DNA of 64,000 nucleotides from Oculina patagonica (Eukaryota): NCBI RefSeq assembly GCF_052425735.1, contig NC_135763.1, positions 19,654,001 to 19,718,000 of the forward strand, read 5' to 3'. Shown piece by piece: positions 51,101 to 62,600 of this stretch (position 1 is its first letter; each line of letters starts with the position of its first letter). The notes under the pieces were generated by a model. It saw only the letters and a program-made list of their open reading frames with translations, ran no database searches and was not told where the DNA came from. The position numbers and the translations under genes were made by a program.

Positions 51101-53814
51101 GAAAGGGGGCATAAGGGGGGTTCGAAAACCGCAAAACCGCCCAGAAATACGCTACAAAACCACAAACCGCATCAAATTTTACCAAATACCAAGACCGTAG
51201 TTTTAAATGACCAACAACGGTAAGATAAGATTGGATCTGACCCAAAGATCTGGCCTGGAATGTCGTCAAGTCAACGTATCATTTGATAAAACAGTTAAAC
51301 ACATCAATTATTTACTGAAAGAGGCTACAATTACAAACCACAGGGCAAGTTTGCTTAATAACAAACCCTATTGTGTAAGCTGATACGCTGTAAAACATTT
51401 GGCTCAAGCTTGTTTAACTGAAGCAAAACAAACGGAAGTGAAATAATCTAGTGGAAACATGAGAGAATCATATCACCGCAGACAATTTTCTCACCGACTA
51501 CCACGACCTAAAATTTGTAATAACCGCACACAGCGTACATGTAGTCTTGTAAAACCGCAATACTGCAGGTTTAAATAAAGATAATTACCGTAAAACCACA
51601 CAAAAAATAATGCAAAACCGCATCACTGCAAACCCTTACGCCCCCCTCCTGGTGGAGCTCTGGCAGTCACTGGCTTGTTTTTAAAACATTGTTAAGATAT
51701 GTACACCATCCATGATGAATTAGTTCTTTTTTAAAAAACACATCAACAACAGCTACACACATTACACCATTATATACTTACCAATGACTCTTTCATAAAA
51801 TAGACAGCCTAATACTCCACTGATGAACACCACAGACTATGCAACAAAATCACAAACAATGTTGATTTACAATGTAGGAGGCAATTTGCCAGAGTGAGAA
51901 AATCACCGATAAATCTACTGAAATAATAATTGTGTCATAAATTTCACTTGAAACAATGAGCAAGTTCCATTTTTTGTAAGTGGGACTGCTACATTGTACC
52001 TAATTATCAAGGTAACTAAAATATTTAATTTATACAAAAATTAAAAAGATAAATTCATGTAAATTAAGGGTGCCAATCCTTACTGGTGTCTTCCAGTCTG
52101 ATATTATTCTTCTGAGCAAACTGCGCTGCTGTTCACCAGAACTCCCTGCACTAGAAATGTTCTTTGCTGGTTGACTGATTCTTACTGCAAAAATAATTCA
52201 CAACAATTAAAATATTCTTAAATTACTTGACTATCACAACAGTCACTGGGAAATGCAGACAACAGACTGTAAGACTATTCTTAGCAATACCCAGTGATTG
52301 ACTATGAGGTTATCTTGAAATCTGATTCTGATTGGCTACCCAAGCGCAGCCCAATTTTTGATAGACTGCCCTGGAAGTGTGTTCAGGTAAAACTGCAGAA
52401 ATAACCAACCAGAACTAAACATAGAGAGCACTTTCACTGAACTTTTTGTTAAATAGATCAGGCTCTGGGTTATGCTCAATCAATTACATGGCTTGCTCTT
52501 AAGCTTCTAATGGCTTTTGATGGTTGGTAAGGGACTTTACCCCTGGCCTTACAGTACATTGTTACCATGTCCATCTATTAACTGATAGAAACCTTGAACC
52601 TATAATTATTATAATTCCTAGTACAAAAAAAACACAAATCTTTACCTTTACTTTAATTCTTTCAGGGTTAGTATTAGGGATAGAGTTTATTTTCAGGGTT
52701 AAGTACTGTTAACATTAGTTTTTCGTCGAGCACCAACTTGTACAATATCAATATGTTGTTTAAATTCATATTAAAGTTTTTTTGATGTTGATGTTCATCC
52801 TTGTTGTTGTTGTTATTGTCACGACAGATTCTTTCAAAATTAAAAGCTTGGACATGACTGTGCTAATTTACGCCAGAAGCATTTCAATATCTTTGTTTGT
52901 CACATGCCTAGGAAAATTTAAAACAAAATTTAGTCCCTGATAGGAATCCAACCGTTGACTTCCTGTTCACCAGTGTTCGAACTAGAACTACTGCCAACCG
53001 GTGACCCAGGTCATAATAATAGTGGCATGTGCTAAGATCAGCCATGCCAATAAAGCAAAAAGAGAGCGACAGCAAATGTAAAGCCACATGAAATAATGAT
53101 ATGCTGTTAATCAGCTGCATCACAAGCGCAAGAAAATCAGAAAAAAAATCATCACATGAATTTGTACACACATACATGTACATGCATACTGTGTCCCAGG
53201 TATCACACATACAACTTCATAGCGCGGCCATGATTCCAGGCATGATGATTGATCTTCACAAACATCATGTCGTACAGAAACGTGTATGTAAACAAACTTT
53301 ATTGTCCAGTTGAAACTAATTTTAGTAACCAGTTATTACAAACACCAACTTCGACCATTATAAAGTTAAAATCCAAAGGAAAAGAGCTTTTAAGGCCTTA
53401 TTCTTTTACATGTATGAAAAAGCACTTTATGATATTGGTATCAAGGTTTTCAAACAATTATTCTACGAACCTGCTGCAAGTAAAAACTGTCTGAATACCT
53501 TGCTTATTCCGAAATTTAATGCTATTTATTTTCTTTAGACATTTTAAACCTTGTAAGCGTCGAAAAATGAGCCAAAGTTTCCAATAACTATAGCTTGTTT
53601 GTAGCTCTGATAAAAAAAATATTCAAAATTTATAGTTGTGCATTTCAACCCACTTACTAAGGAATTGAGAGTTGAAAACACGACCCAACTTAGTGCAAAG
53701 GCTAATGCAACACCAATATACGTGTTAAGTCAAAGAAGGATGGGATAACTTACAAGATCGGTGAGATATTTGTGTCAGTCGAGTCCACAACAACTGTCCT
53801 CGCGAGGCAGCCAT
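45037..53814 (-). CDS. Single-pass mitochondrial protein, putative complex I accessory subunit (NDUFB5 / fungal 17.8 kDa-like): join(53754..53814, 52084..52184, 51782..51836, 49247..49275, 48174..48280, 45037..45142), 152 aa
   Basis: Six exons with consistent phases (1,0,1,0,2) give a 459 nt open frame: MAASRGQLLWTRLTQISHRSLRISQPAKNISSAGSSGEQQRSLLRRIISDWKTPSVVFISGVLGCLFYERVIEEPDETGTRDPLITRLMMEYLMPDPELERQRREAHLRRGREKCDAYLESKRRPRHGKQPFDIEQIERERPKFRDFGPDGY. Arg/Ser-rich acid-free presequence and one TM helix. The gene model is strong; the family call is from recalled similarity only. Confidence 0.8.
45427..45685 (+). mobile_element. tRNA-derived SINE, degenerate
   Basis: A-box TGGCCTAATGG, B-box-like GTTTGAGCC, body TGTGTTCTTGGGCAAGACAC..CCAGGTGTATAAATGGGTAC..AACCCTGCAATGGACTAGCATCCC. 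Confidence 0.8.
46420..46639. mobile_element. Nested hAT-like MITE
   Basis: TTATG|CAACCCTCCAAGTT ... AACTTGGAGGGTTG|TTACG. Confidence 0.8.
47418..47586. repeat. Near-perfect ~170 bp palindrome
   Basis: AATACACGGATCCAGAGTTTCAGACTTCCGGTCCAAA ... TTTGGACCGGAAGTCTGAAACTCTGGATCCGTGTATT. Confidence 0.9.
48174..48280 (-). CDS. NDUFB5-like gene exon 5
   Basis: AAACAG acceptor; ends TA|GTATCCTTT (U12 donor). Confidence 0.8.
48403..48910. mobile_element. Kolobok-type element fragment
   Basis: TTAA|AGTGCCTATG start with TGATGACGTCAT and GTTGCTATGGCAAC internal motifs; second end not found. Confidence 0.5.
49247..49275 (-). CDS. NDUFB5-like gene exon 4 (29 nt microexon)
   Basis: Long pyrimidine tract + CAACAG; GAT|GTAAGA donor; needed to restore the frame. 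Confidence 0.75.
49361..49620. mobile_element. hAT-like MITE
   Basis: ACAGA|CAGGGTTGCAAATAA ... TTATTTGCATCCCTG|ACAGG. Confidence 0.78.
49804..50937. mobile_element. Kolobok-type non-autonomous element
   Basis: TTAA|GGTAGTAGAACTGCTA ... TAGCAGTTCTAATACC|TTAA. Confidence 0.78.
51101..51648. mobile_element. TIR element with AAACCGCA subrepeats
   Basis: GGGGGCATAAGGG ... CCCTTACGCCCCCCTC, flanked by CTGGT on both sides. Confidence 0.7.
51782..51836 (-). CDS. NDUFB5-like gene exon 3 (TM helix)
   Basis: TGCATAG acceptor; G|GTAAGT donor; encodes SVVFISGVLGCLFYERVI. Confidence 0.78.
52084..52184 (-). CDS. NDUFB5-like gene exon 2
   Basis: TTTTTGCAG acceptor; CCA|GTAAGG donor. Confidence 0.78.
53754..53814 (-). 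CDS. NDUFB5-like gene exon 1 (targeting peptide)
   Basis: CAAGATGGCTGCC start context; donor T|GTAAGT. Confidence 0.8.
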
Positions 53815-54073
53815 CTTGGATGAGAAACGGGACAGGTCCCAGTCCTCTCGTCTTGCGTAATGTGTAACGCCTGGCGAAAAGCTGCTCTCTTCCAAGCCTC
53901 CGAGCTCTTTGCGTGCCTCGCGGTCGGCAGTCAAGAAAGACGGCACAGCACAGCCGAGCTAGACGTATCTTTAAGAGCGTATTTTGTGTTTCGTAAATCC
54001 AGGTAAACAACTTGAAAATAAAAGAGTGTGTTTTATTTTGACAGCGGGCACCAAACCAGCTATAATGGCTTAA

Positions 54074-54990
54074 GGTAATTCCTCGGAAATAAAACTGCTC
54101 ATAGATTTTCAACCAGACTTTGCCTGTTTGTTTCTTACCGTCAGGGAAGTTAAATTTTGAGATAAAAAAGGGGGGGTCACCGTATTCATTTAGGAGCAGG
54201 AAGACCTTGTATATACCACATAATTCCTTAATAATTCCTTTGCGAGTACTAGCAAAGTACACGTTTTCGTTGATTATGTATTATTCTGCCATAGAAATTG
54301 ATCTGTATTCACTTTACACCAAGACTTTAATCGATACTTTCAAAATGATAGGTCACCGTATTCGTCTACGATAAAACGATGATTTATCTCTCTCGCGAGC
54401 CAAGCCGTATAGAAAAAAACCGCCATTTTGTTTACGTGCGCGCGCTAAATACTACTTATTAACCGAGAGTGAGGTCATTACAGGGGAATCTCAGACCGAG
54501 GCCTTGATGTATTGACCGAGCGACAGCGAGGTCAATACATCAAGGTTGAGGTCTGAGATTCCCCTGTAATGACCGAACGGACGAGGTTAATAAGTTATTT
54601 ATTATATGGCCTTTAAGCACTATTCAAAAAAAGAGTATAATCAAGGGAAAAAACACTGGAGGTAAAACTCGCTCTCACTCTCGCTCTCTGTGGCTCTCTT
54701 CGTCGCTCATACTAAAAAAAAATCGGTATGCTTATATTTTTCTTTCAGTTATTGAAAAGATAGTAATATTTTGTCAGCATTTTTTGCTGTTTTTGCCCCC
54801 TCGCTAGTAGCTTTTACTCACAACTAAAAAAACCGTCGAGCCGAGAAAAATTTTCATAATGCCCGGTCATTACAAGAAAATAATGCCCGCTCAGCAGCCA
54901 ATCAGAGCGCGCGTACTAATGTAGCCATATAATAATTACGCGTAGAATTCTGCGCAGTTAGGATGCGCCATGCAATACTAGGGAATCACC
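54074..54990. mobile_element. Kolobok-type element upstream of the NDUFB5-like gene, with a nested insert
   Basis: TTAA|GGTAATTCCT ... GGGAATCACC; right TSD not seen. Confidence 0.55.
54451..54937. mobile_element. Palindrome-ended element (Crypton-like, inferred)
   Basis: 140 bp hairpin 54454-54595 followed by the inverted pair TTATTATATGGC (54599) / GCCATATAATAA (54935). Confidence 0.7.
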
Positions 54991-57502
54991 AGTCAGTATC
55001 TGCTATTATCTCAGACATATTATCTCTTCTGTATTGTGTCAGCCATTGCTTTAAAACTTTGTGAAAGCTTGAAGTGACGCTACAAGCACAGCATATGTGA
55101 AACACCGGTAAACTCTCTTTCTTGGTAAAAAGCCGGAAAATTGGAACACAAAAAGTAGGTTCGGTCGGCCGTGCGAAGTCAAAATATTAAGGTGGCTCTG
55201 AAGCACTCTGACAGAATTTTTTTTAAACTTTGCTAAAAGTTGTATCATGCCATGCTGATAATAACTCAACAATATCAAATGGAGCTCATTTGCGAGTTAT
55301 AAGCACTGAAATCTCAAATTAAGGGTTTTAACAGGTTATACGGTTGCTATGGTAACGTATAACGTGAAGAAAGTTATCACAACCTTTTGACCGAAAATAG
55401 GGCATTTGTTTCATACCATTTCTGTAATAGCAGTTGATAAATTGTTGTAGTGCTGACCCATCAAAGTATAAGGTCTAAGTCTAATATGGAAATTTCCACA
55501 GCGCATTTTTTTTTAAAGAAATGCACTGTGGAAGATTTGCTCCAAAAAACCTTTTCACAAATAAAAAAAAGAATTCCGAACATTGCTTTTATACAAAGCC
55601 ACAATGGCTGTGAGTGCACGCATGTTCTAATTCTTTGTACATTCCTTTGCCCCCGACTGCAAATTACATGAACAACGAAAAATAACCGAGTAATCCTCGA
55701 GAGTTTCTTTTATTTGAAACTCAACGCTTTCTCAACACAAGCAGCTGCTTTCAGGTGCCCAACTCGCTAGATTACCGAAAATGGTGGTTATTCCAGAAAA
55801 AAGGACAATCTCGCGACGTAGACCCAAATTTTCGAGAGAAAAAATTCCCGGAAATTTTAAATTCATTTGATTTTGCTCCTGGAAATTCCGGAATTTTAGG
55901 TTGAATGGTTCACATTTCGGAAATTTAAACACTGTCCTGATTTTCTGGAAGCTTTCCCAGGAATTTTCTGTACCGTTTACTCCTGTTCGAAAATTTTTGA
56001 TCTTTTGCCGGATGGAAAGCGCCCGTAGTCTCTGTCAAAAACAAAAAAGTTAATTAGCTGTAGCTGCGCTTGTGCTTTGCAACGCTGCGTGCGATGAAGC
56101 GTTCGTTTGTAAATTTATCTTGATTTGTGCCGGACGGAAAACATTTTTCCGTTTGTGAGGCAAAAACTCCGTTTCCAAATCTATCCGGCTAACTGGACTG
56201 GGCGTTTGCAAACAATAGCAAAGATTTTTGCAATATACGCTTGGATGCTTGTATTGTATAATCATGCTGCATAATGGTATTTCCCTGTTTTCCGGGCGTG
56301 TGTAATGTATGCTAATGTTGTTTTTATGCAAAGTTTGTCTGCTCACTAATTATTTGCTGGTCGCACCTCGACTTGTCACGTTTCCAAGTCTTCGACTTCG
56401 AACTGTTCAACTGTTCAACTTTCTTAGTCTTGGCTTAGCTGGCTTGCTGTGTAAAAATGGCTGAGAGTTCAGGAAAACAGGACAAAAAAGTATAAACGGG
56501 TTTAAACCGCTGTTTCCAGCCAAGAAAATGAATACGAACAAAGTTATGTTGGAGAAACTGAAAGCAAGGTATGTCAAGTTTTATTTTTGCTGACATCTTT
56601 TGTACTTTTCGTGCTGGACTACTGGTCAATATAGTGACTGAATAAGCTACCTAGAAGTCTTACATGTAAGCTCGAAGCCGTAATATAAAGGAAGACTCAA
56701 TTTAAAGAACATTTAATGATATCAAAACAACGATGCCATCCACTATTAGTTGTCAACAACCCGACGACACTCGCTTAACGAAATTGCAGGGCAGTAGCTA
56801 GAACGAATTATAACTGAAGTAATGTCCATTGCAAAATTCTTGGAAACAACAACATCAACGATAAAATTACTGTGGCAAGTGTCTCGGTTTGCCTCGAAGT
56901 GGTTACGATTCAGAATTGGAAAAGGAAACTGCCTATAGTCGTCTTCAACAAGATTATGCCGAGGTCGAGATTTCTATCAAGTGATGGTTGACGAGGCCGA
57001 CGGCCGAATCAACAATCACCTCGTAGAAATTTAAATGGAATAATCAAAAAGTTTTAATAGAATTCGAACAATTTTTTCTTCAAATAATGATTTCTAATTG
57101 TTTTCCTGAATATGAACCTGCATTAAACTTCACGCTAAGCGAAATCGCGCGCGCGGACTGATTTGTATTTCTAAAACTTTCCGTTGTGTACTTACGTTCA
57201 TCAGTTTATTCAGTAATTTTGCGTTTTAACCGTGGATGCCATGTTTATATGCCTTAAACCACTTGTTTTATATGTCCTATATCCATAATAGCTTAATTCG
57301 AAATTCTTTTAATTTTGTTTGACTTAAAGGTGTTTGCCGGTTGCAAGATAGAAGAGCAAGGAGAAACTTTTTTTTAGATGTCTTTTTAATCTTCCAATCA
57401 TCTTAACATTTAGCAGGTAGGAGTCATTGTCATTTGTTAACAGAAACATTTATTCAGAAAAACATTTATTCAGAAAAAGACATAATATTGGAGTTAAGAA
57501 TT

Positions 57503-57673
57503 ATGATGGCGCCCTTATACATTGTTAGCATTCTCCTTGTGTTTTTTCTAATCGTTGACACAGCAGCTCAGGGAAATAGGGTTAGGTGGTTTGGCTGTTC
57601 ACGCAACACTCTTCCTGGATATTTTGTAAGACCACAGAAGGTGTACTTCTGCTGCGTTTTCTGGGCTGGATGA
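57503..57673 (+). CDS. Putative small secreted cationic peptide (56 aa), or a truncated remnant of a longer secreted protein
   Basis: Signal-peptide-like MMAPLYIVSILLVFFLIVDTAA followed by QGNRVRWFGCSRNTLPGYFVRPQKVYFCCVFWAG; upstream TATAAA (56491), donor AAG|GTATGT (56568) and acceptor TTAGCAG (57416). Confidence 0.35.
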   Translation: MMAPLYIVSILLVFFLIVDTAAQGNRVRWFGCSRNTLPGYFVRPQKVYFCCVFWAG

Positions 57674-58820
57674 TTATTTTATGTTTATATGAAAACCAGA
57701 CTTGGTTTATAAAAGCAACACGAGAGTCGATGAGAGTCCAAAATTTCTGGTGACTAGTATCCCATGCAAAGGTTTGTGTGCACCCGTTTTAGCCAAATTT
57801 TACGGTCCTGTTGACCGCTTCAAGTGAATGTTCGTCAAGCACCGTAAAGATAGCAAGGTTTCTTTAGGCCATTTTGATTTTCGTCGGAGTTCTCATTTTC
57901 GTTGGTATTTCACGCGTTAACTTGATTCGTAAACTAACCAGCAGTAGTACAAGTCGATCCTCGCATTGTCCTTGTTTTTTTAGTTGTAAGTACAGCAGGT
58001 CAGTGAAATAGGATTAGGTGGTTTGGCTCTTCCTCGTTCATGCAATACTTTTCATGTGGATATTTGGTAAAATCACCGAAGGTTTTCTTCGGCTGCGTTT
58101 TTTGGGCTCGATGATTATATTCCTTTATTTGAAACCCAAGTGGTTTACAAGAGAGTCGATGAGAGTCCAAAATTCCTGATCACCAGTATCCCATGCAAGG
58201 GTTTGCGTGCACTTGTGGAATCTAAACTTTCCACCGGATTGTCAACCGCTTCAGGTAATTGTTCTCAAGTTCCTAAAAGAAAACAAGTTTTCTCTAGGCG
58301 ATTTTAATTTCCATCCGAGTTTTCATTTTCGTTGGTATTTCACCCGATTACTTGTTCGTCAGCTGACCAGCATTACACGTTGACATTCGCATTCTCCTTG
58401 TTGTTTTTTTCAGTCGTAAGCACGGCAGGTCAGTGAAATAGGGTTAGGTGGTTTGGCTCTTCCTGGTCCATGCAATACTTTTCATGTGGATATTTGGTAA
58501 AATCACCGAAGGTGTTCTTCGGCTGCGTTTTTTGGGCTCTATGATTATATTCATTTATTTGAAAACCGCTTGGTTTACAAGAGAGTCGATGAGAGTCCAA
58601 AATTCCTGATCACCAGTATCCCATGTAAGGGTTTGTGTGCACTTGTGTGATCCAAACTTTTCACTTATGTTGACCGCTTCAGGTGAAAGTTCTCAAGTTC
58701 GTTAAAGATAACAAGTTTTCTCTGGACCATTTTAATTTTCGGATGACTTCTCTTTTCCTTTGGTATTTTACCCGATTACTTGATTTGTCAACTGACTGGC
58801 ATTAAAAGTCGATCTTCGTC
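57527..58820. repeat. Three diverged tandem copies of a ~430 bp unit
   Basis: Units start near 57528, 57963 and 58390 (GCATT.TCCTTG); shared TTAGGTGGTTTGGCT, GAGAGTCGATGAGAGTCCAAAATT, AGTATCCCATG and TTGGTATTT blocks. Confidence 0.92.
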
Positions 58821-59149
58821 TTTTTAAATCTTATTAAGGAAGAAACGAGACATTCAAGACGTTCTTTAGTGTTGTTTAATACATGACAACGACTCTTATT
58901 CTGGTTGAATTGTTGCGTCATTTTTCTTGGAAAACAGCAACAAAAGCATCATCAATTAATTATGTCAGATACACTCCATGTAAAGTAGACAATTTTTATT
59001 TCAAGCTTTAGTAGGAAGTAAATTTTACCATACCAAGACTGTAGCTAGCTATGAACTGTTTCTAACAGTCTTTGTTTTTGTGTTATAACAAACATGGCAA
59101 TGAGAATCACGAGGCAAACAAGATTGTCCCGTCTGGAAATGGAGTCATG

Positions 59150-59420
59150 GTCTTAAATCTCCGGTATGTTGAATCTTCCAATATGAATTTGTTGTCTTTA
59201 CCAGCTTATTTCTTGTATCTTTTCATGTCAACTTTCTAAATTACTGACAGTTTGTATTTCAGTAACTTAGAATGAGGTTAACAGTGACCATCTCTGGTAT
59301 GTTGGACTTTACAAGATGAATTAAGTAGTATTTGTTGTCATTACTAGCTTCATTGTCGTATTTGTTCATGTCTTGATTACATGTATTGACAGTTTGTATT
59401 TCAGTACAATAAGGTTTACA
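59150..59420 (+). repeat. Tandem duplication of a ~135-140 bp exon/intron-like unit
   Basis: Two copies of CTC.G|GTATGTTG ... TGACAGTTTGTATTTCAG. Confidence 0.75.
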
Positions 59421-59669
59421 GTTATGACATCACGAGTTTTTACATTTACAAACATGTATAGATGATAATTTTTAAAATCCTCTTCAATCTTGTTTGACTA
59501 AATGTTTTTGCCTGTTGCGTGATGGAAAGCGAAGTTTGCGGCTTCCCCGAGATACTTCTTTAACTCTCTAATGACGTTTAAATTTGCAGGCAAGAGTCAT
59601 TGTCATATGTTAACAATAACTTGAATTATTCACTGAACGGCTCTATTGCTATTCAGAATTATGACGCTC

Positions 59670-62600
59670 TGCTTTCACAAATGACTTTATAGCTAATTTA
59701 TTACAGTTTTCGAGCGATAAGAAATGACGATTATTAACCTAATTTTCACAGTTGTTATGTGCTCAATAATAGCGTAATTTGGCTCAATTCTTAAAAGTGA
59801 CGTTCCTCCAGAAATGAAGTTTTTAGCATACTTGTCACAGTTGCTGTTCGCTTAAACATGACGTTTGCAGCTTTCTTGTTATAGTTGCTGCGTACTCAAG
59901 GGAGACGTTTGTTTTTTCTTTTTTTTCAGTCACCGTGCCCTTACAAATGACCTTTTTAGCTTACATGTTGTTTGCGTTGCAGTCACATATAATGCTTTTA
60001 GCTTACTCTCCACAGTTGCCGTGCGCTTGCAAACGAGGATTTTAACTGATAATATTTCCTGTGCACTCACAAAGGACGTTTTTAGTTTACTCTTCACAGT
60101 GTCCGTGCATTCACAAATTTCGTTCGCAAACGACCTTCGAAGCTTACTTGTCATATTTGCCGCGCGCTTACAAATGACTTTTTTTTGCGTTCGGAAATGG
60201 CCTTAAGGTTACTTGTTTTATTTGCCGTGCGCTTACAAATGACGTTTTTTTGCGTTCGCAAATGGCCTTAAGGTTACTTGTCATATTTGCCGCGCGCTTA
60301 CAAATGACGTTTTTTTGCGTTCGCAAATGGCCTTATATTTGCCGCGCGCTTACAAATGACGTTTTTTTGCGTTCGCAAATGGCCTTAAGGTTACTTGTTT
60401 CATTTGCCGTGCGCTTACAAATGACGTTTTTTTGCGTTCGCAAATGGCCTTAAGGTTACTTGTCATATTTGCCGCGCGCTTACAAATGACGTTTTTTTGC
60501 GTTCGCAAATGGCCTTAAGGTTACTTGTTTCATTTGCCGTGCGCTTACAAATGACGTTTTTTTGCGTTCGCAAATGGCCTTAAGGTTACTTGTCATATTT
60601 GCCGCGCGCTTACAAATGACGTTTTTTTGCGTTCGCAAATGGCCTTAAGGTTACTTGTGATATTTGCCGCGCGCTTACAAATGACGTTTTTTTGCGTTCG
60701 CAAATGGCCTTAAGGTTACTTGTTTCATTTGCCGTGCGCTCACAAATGACGTTTTTCAACAAACACTTTTCTAACCTACTTGTTGTTGTCGTCCTGCGCT
60801 CACAAATTACGCTTTTGGCGTACTTTTTAAAATTGCTGCGCGCTTACAAAGATTTCTGGCTTTCTTTTTACTGTCGATATGCACTCACAAATTACGTTTT
60901 TGGCGTACTTTTTAAAATTGCTGCGCGCTTACAAAGTTTTCTTGCTTTCTTTTTTCAAATAACGTTTTTCAATCATATATTAATGCAAACGCTCAAAATA
61001 GTTTTTACCATATTTTAACATTGCGTAATAACAAAAACTGACGGTTTAGCAAATTGCTGTGCCCTCATAAGTGACACTTTTTAGACCACTTGTTATTGTT
61101 ATTTGCTGTGCTCACAAATGTTCTTAGCGTACTTGTTACAGTAGCTATGGGTTTTTAAACATACTTTTGAAAATTTAAGGTGGCTCTTAAACCGCTTTTG
61201 CAAATGACGTTTTAAGATTTCTTCTGAAATTAGCCTTGCGCTTACAAATGACGTTTTGAGGTAACTGGTTTTATTAGCCTTGCACTCACAAATGACGTTT
61301 TGAGGTAACTGGTTATATTAGCCTTGCGGTCACACATGACGTTTTAAGGTTACTTGTTATATCGGCCTTGCACTCACAAATAACGTTTTAAGGTGACTTG
61401 TTATATAAGCCTTGAGCTCACTAATGACGTCTAAAAGTTACTTGTTATAGAAGCCTTGCGCTCACAAATGACGTTCAAAAGGTTATTTTTTTGTTTTATT
61501 AGCCTTTTGCTAACACATGACGTTTTAAGGTTACTTGTTTTATTACATCCATTTTGAAATCACTGGTGATCCTCGCAATCTGATTGGCTCTCAGCAGTGC
61601 GATTTATTCACGAATCGCACTATTTTTTGCTCTAAATCGCATCTTTTTTTCAGCCAATGAGAAAGGAACAGTAAAACAAAACAACCAATCAGATTTAATA
61701 GAATGCACAAGTAACTAATCAAATTGCAGGAAAATTTTATGAGAAAGAAAGCCATTGTCTATTGTTTAGTGAATTTTTAACTTTTGTTTTCAAAATCTTG
61801 CTTTAAAAAATGGATGAATTTAATTACTTTCAGTTTCTGAATGATAATAATGAGTTCTTTCATGCCTAAGACCTACATTTGAGGAAGTTTCTAACTTTCA
61901 GTGTCATTTTGACAAATATTTTGGCGATTTTTCTTTACCTTTTGCACAAGATCCGTGTGATCCCGAGTCCATCAAAATATAAACAAACGAAAACCACACA
62001 ACAAATACAGAGCCAACACAAGAAGTATAGGTTTCCATGCAGGTTTTCTTTAGTTTCAAGCCATGGAATACAAGAGCTCAAGTCTGTCGCTGTAAATAAA
62101 AATACGCCAAAATATGTCAAAACGATGATTGAAGAAGCTGGTATCAGTCTGTATCAGTTCCGCCATCTTGAAAATCTCGCCACTAAAATCCTAAAACAAT
62201 GGCACCGGAGGAACAACTTGACAAGATCAGTTCTAACCTGAGGTCAAAAAAGGACGGAGATTATTACGAGCCGGAAGCCCGGAATCCCTTTTAAATCATG
62301 TAGAGTGCCATAAAACGGCATTTGACGGAGAAAACCCATCCACTACTGACCTGATCGAGACCTGAGCATCGTGCGATCGAGAGAGTTTCACAACTCACAA
62401 GAAATCCTCAACACGATTAGGTTGCACCATTTTCTTCTCCAAAGACAACGATAAGTCTCAACCACAACCACAGAAGAAACAATGGGGTTACATCATTGAG
62501 TCAGCTGACGAGGATTGAACGTTGAAGTACATAAAAGTGTTTTTGTTCTAGCTTGAGAACTGCACGAGTTTCCTTCACTGAAAGATGTTTTTCCTTCGTT

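Noticed and set aside
53750-54374. 170 aa and 84 aa ORFs
   Set aside because: They span the promoter and a Kolobok-like element; only 53754-53814, in another frame, fits a spliced gene.
58003-58436. Selenocysteine TGA in repeat copies 2 and 3
   Set aside because: The TGA aligns with Gly (GGA), not Cys; the copies lack a start codon; no SECIS was recognised.
60130-60755. CRISPR-like regular array
   Set aside because: Units are contiguous with no unique spacers, there are no cas genes, and the context is eukaryotic; it is a satellite.
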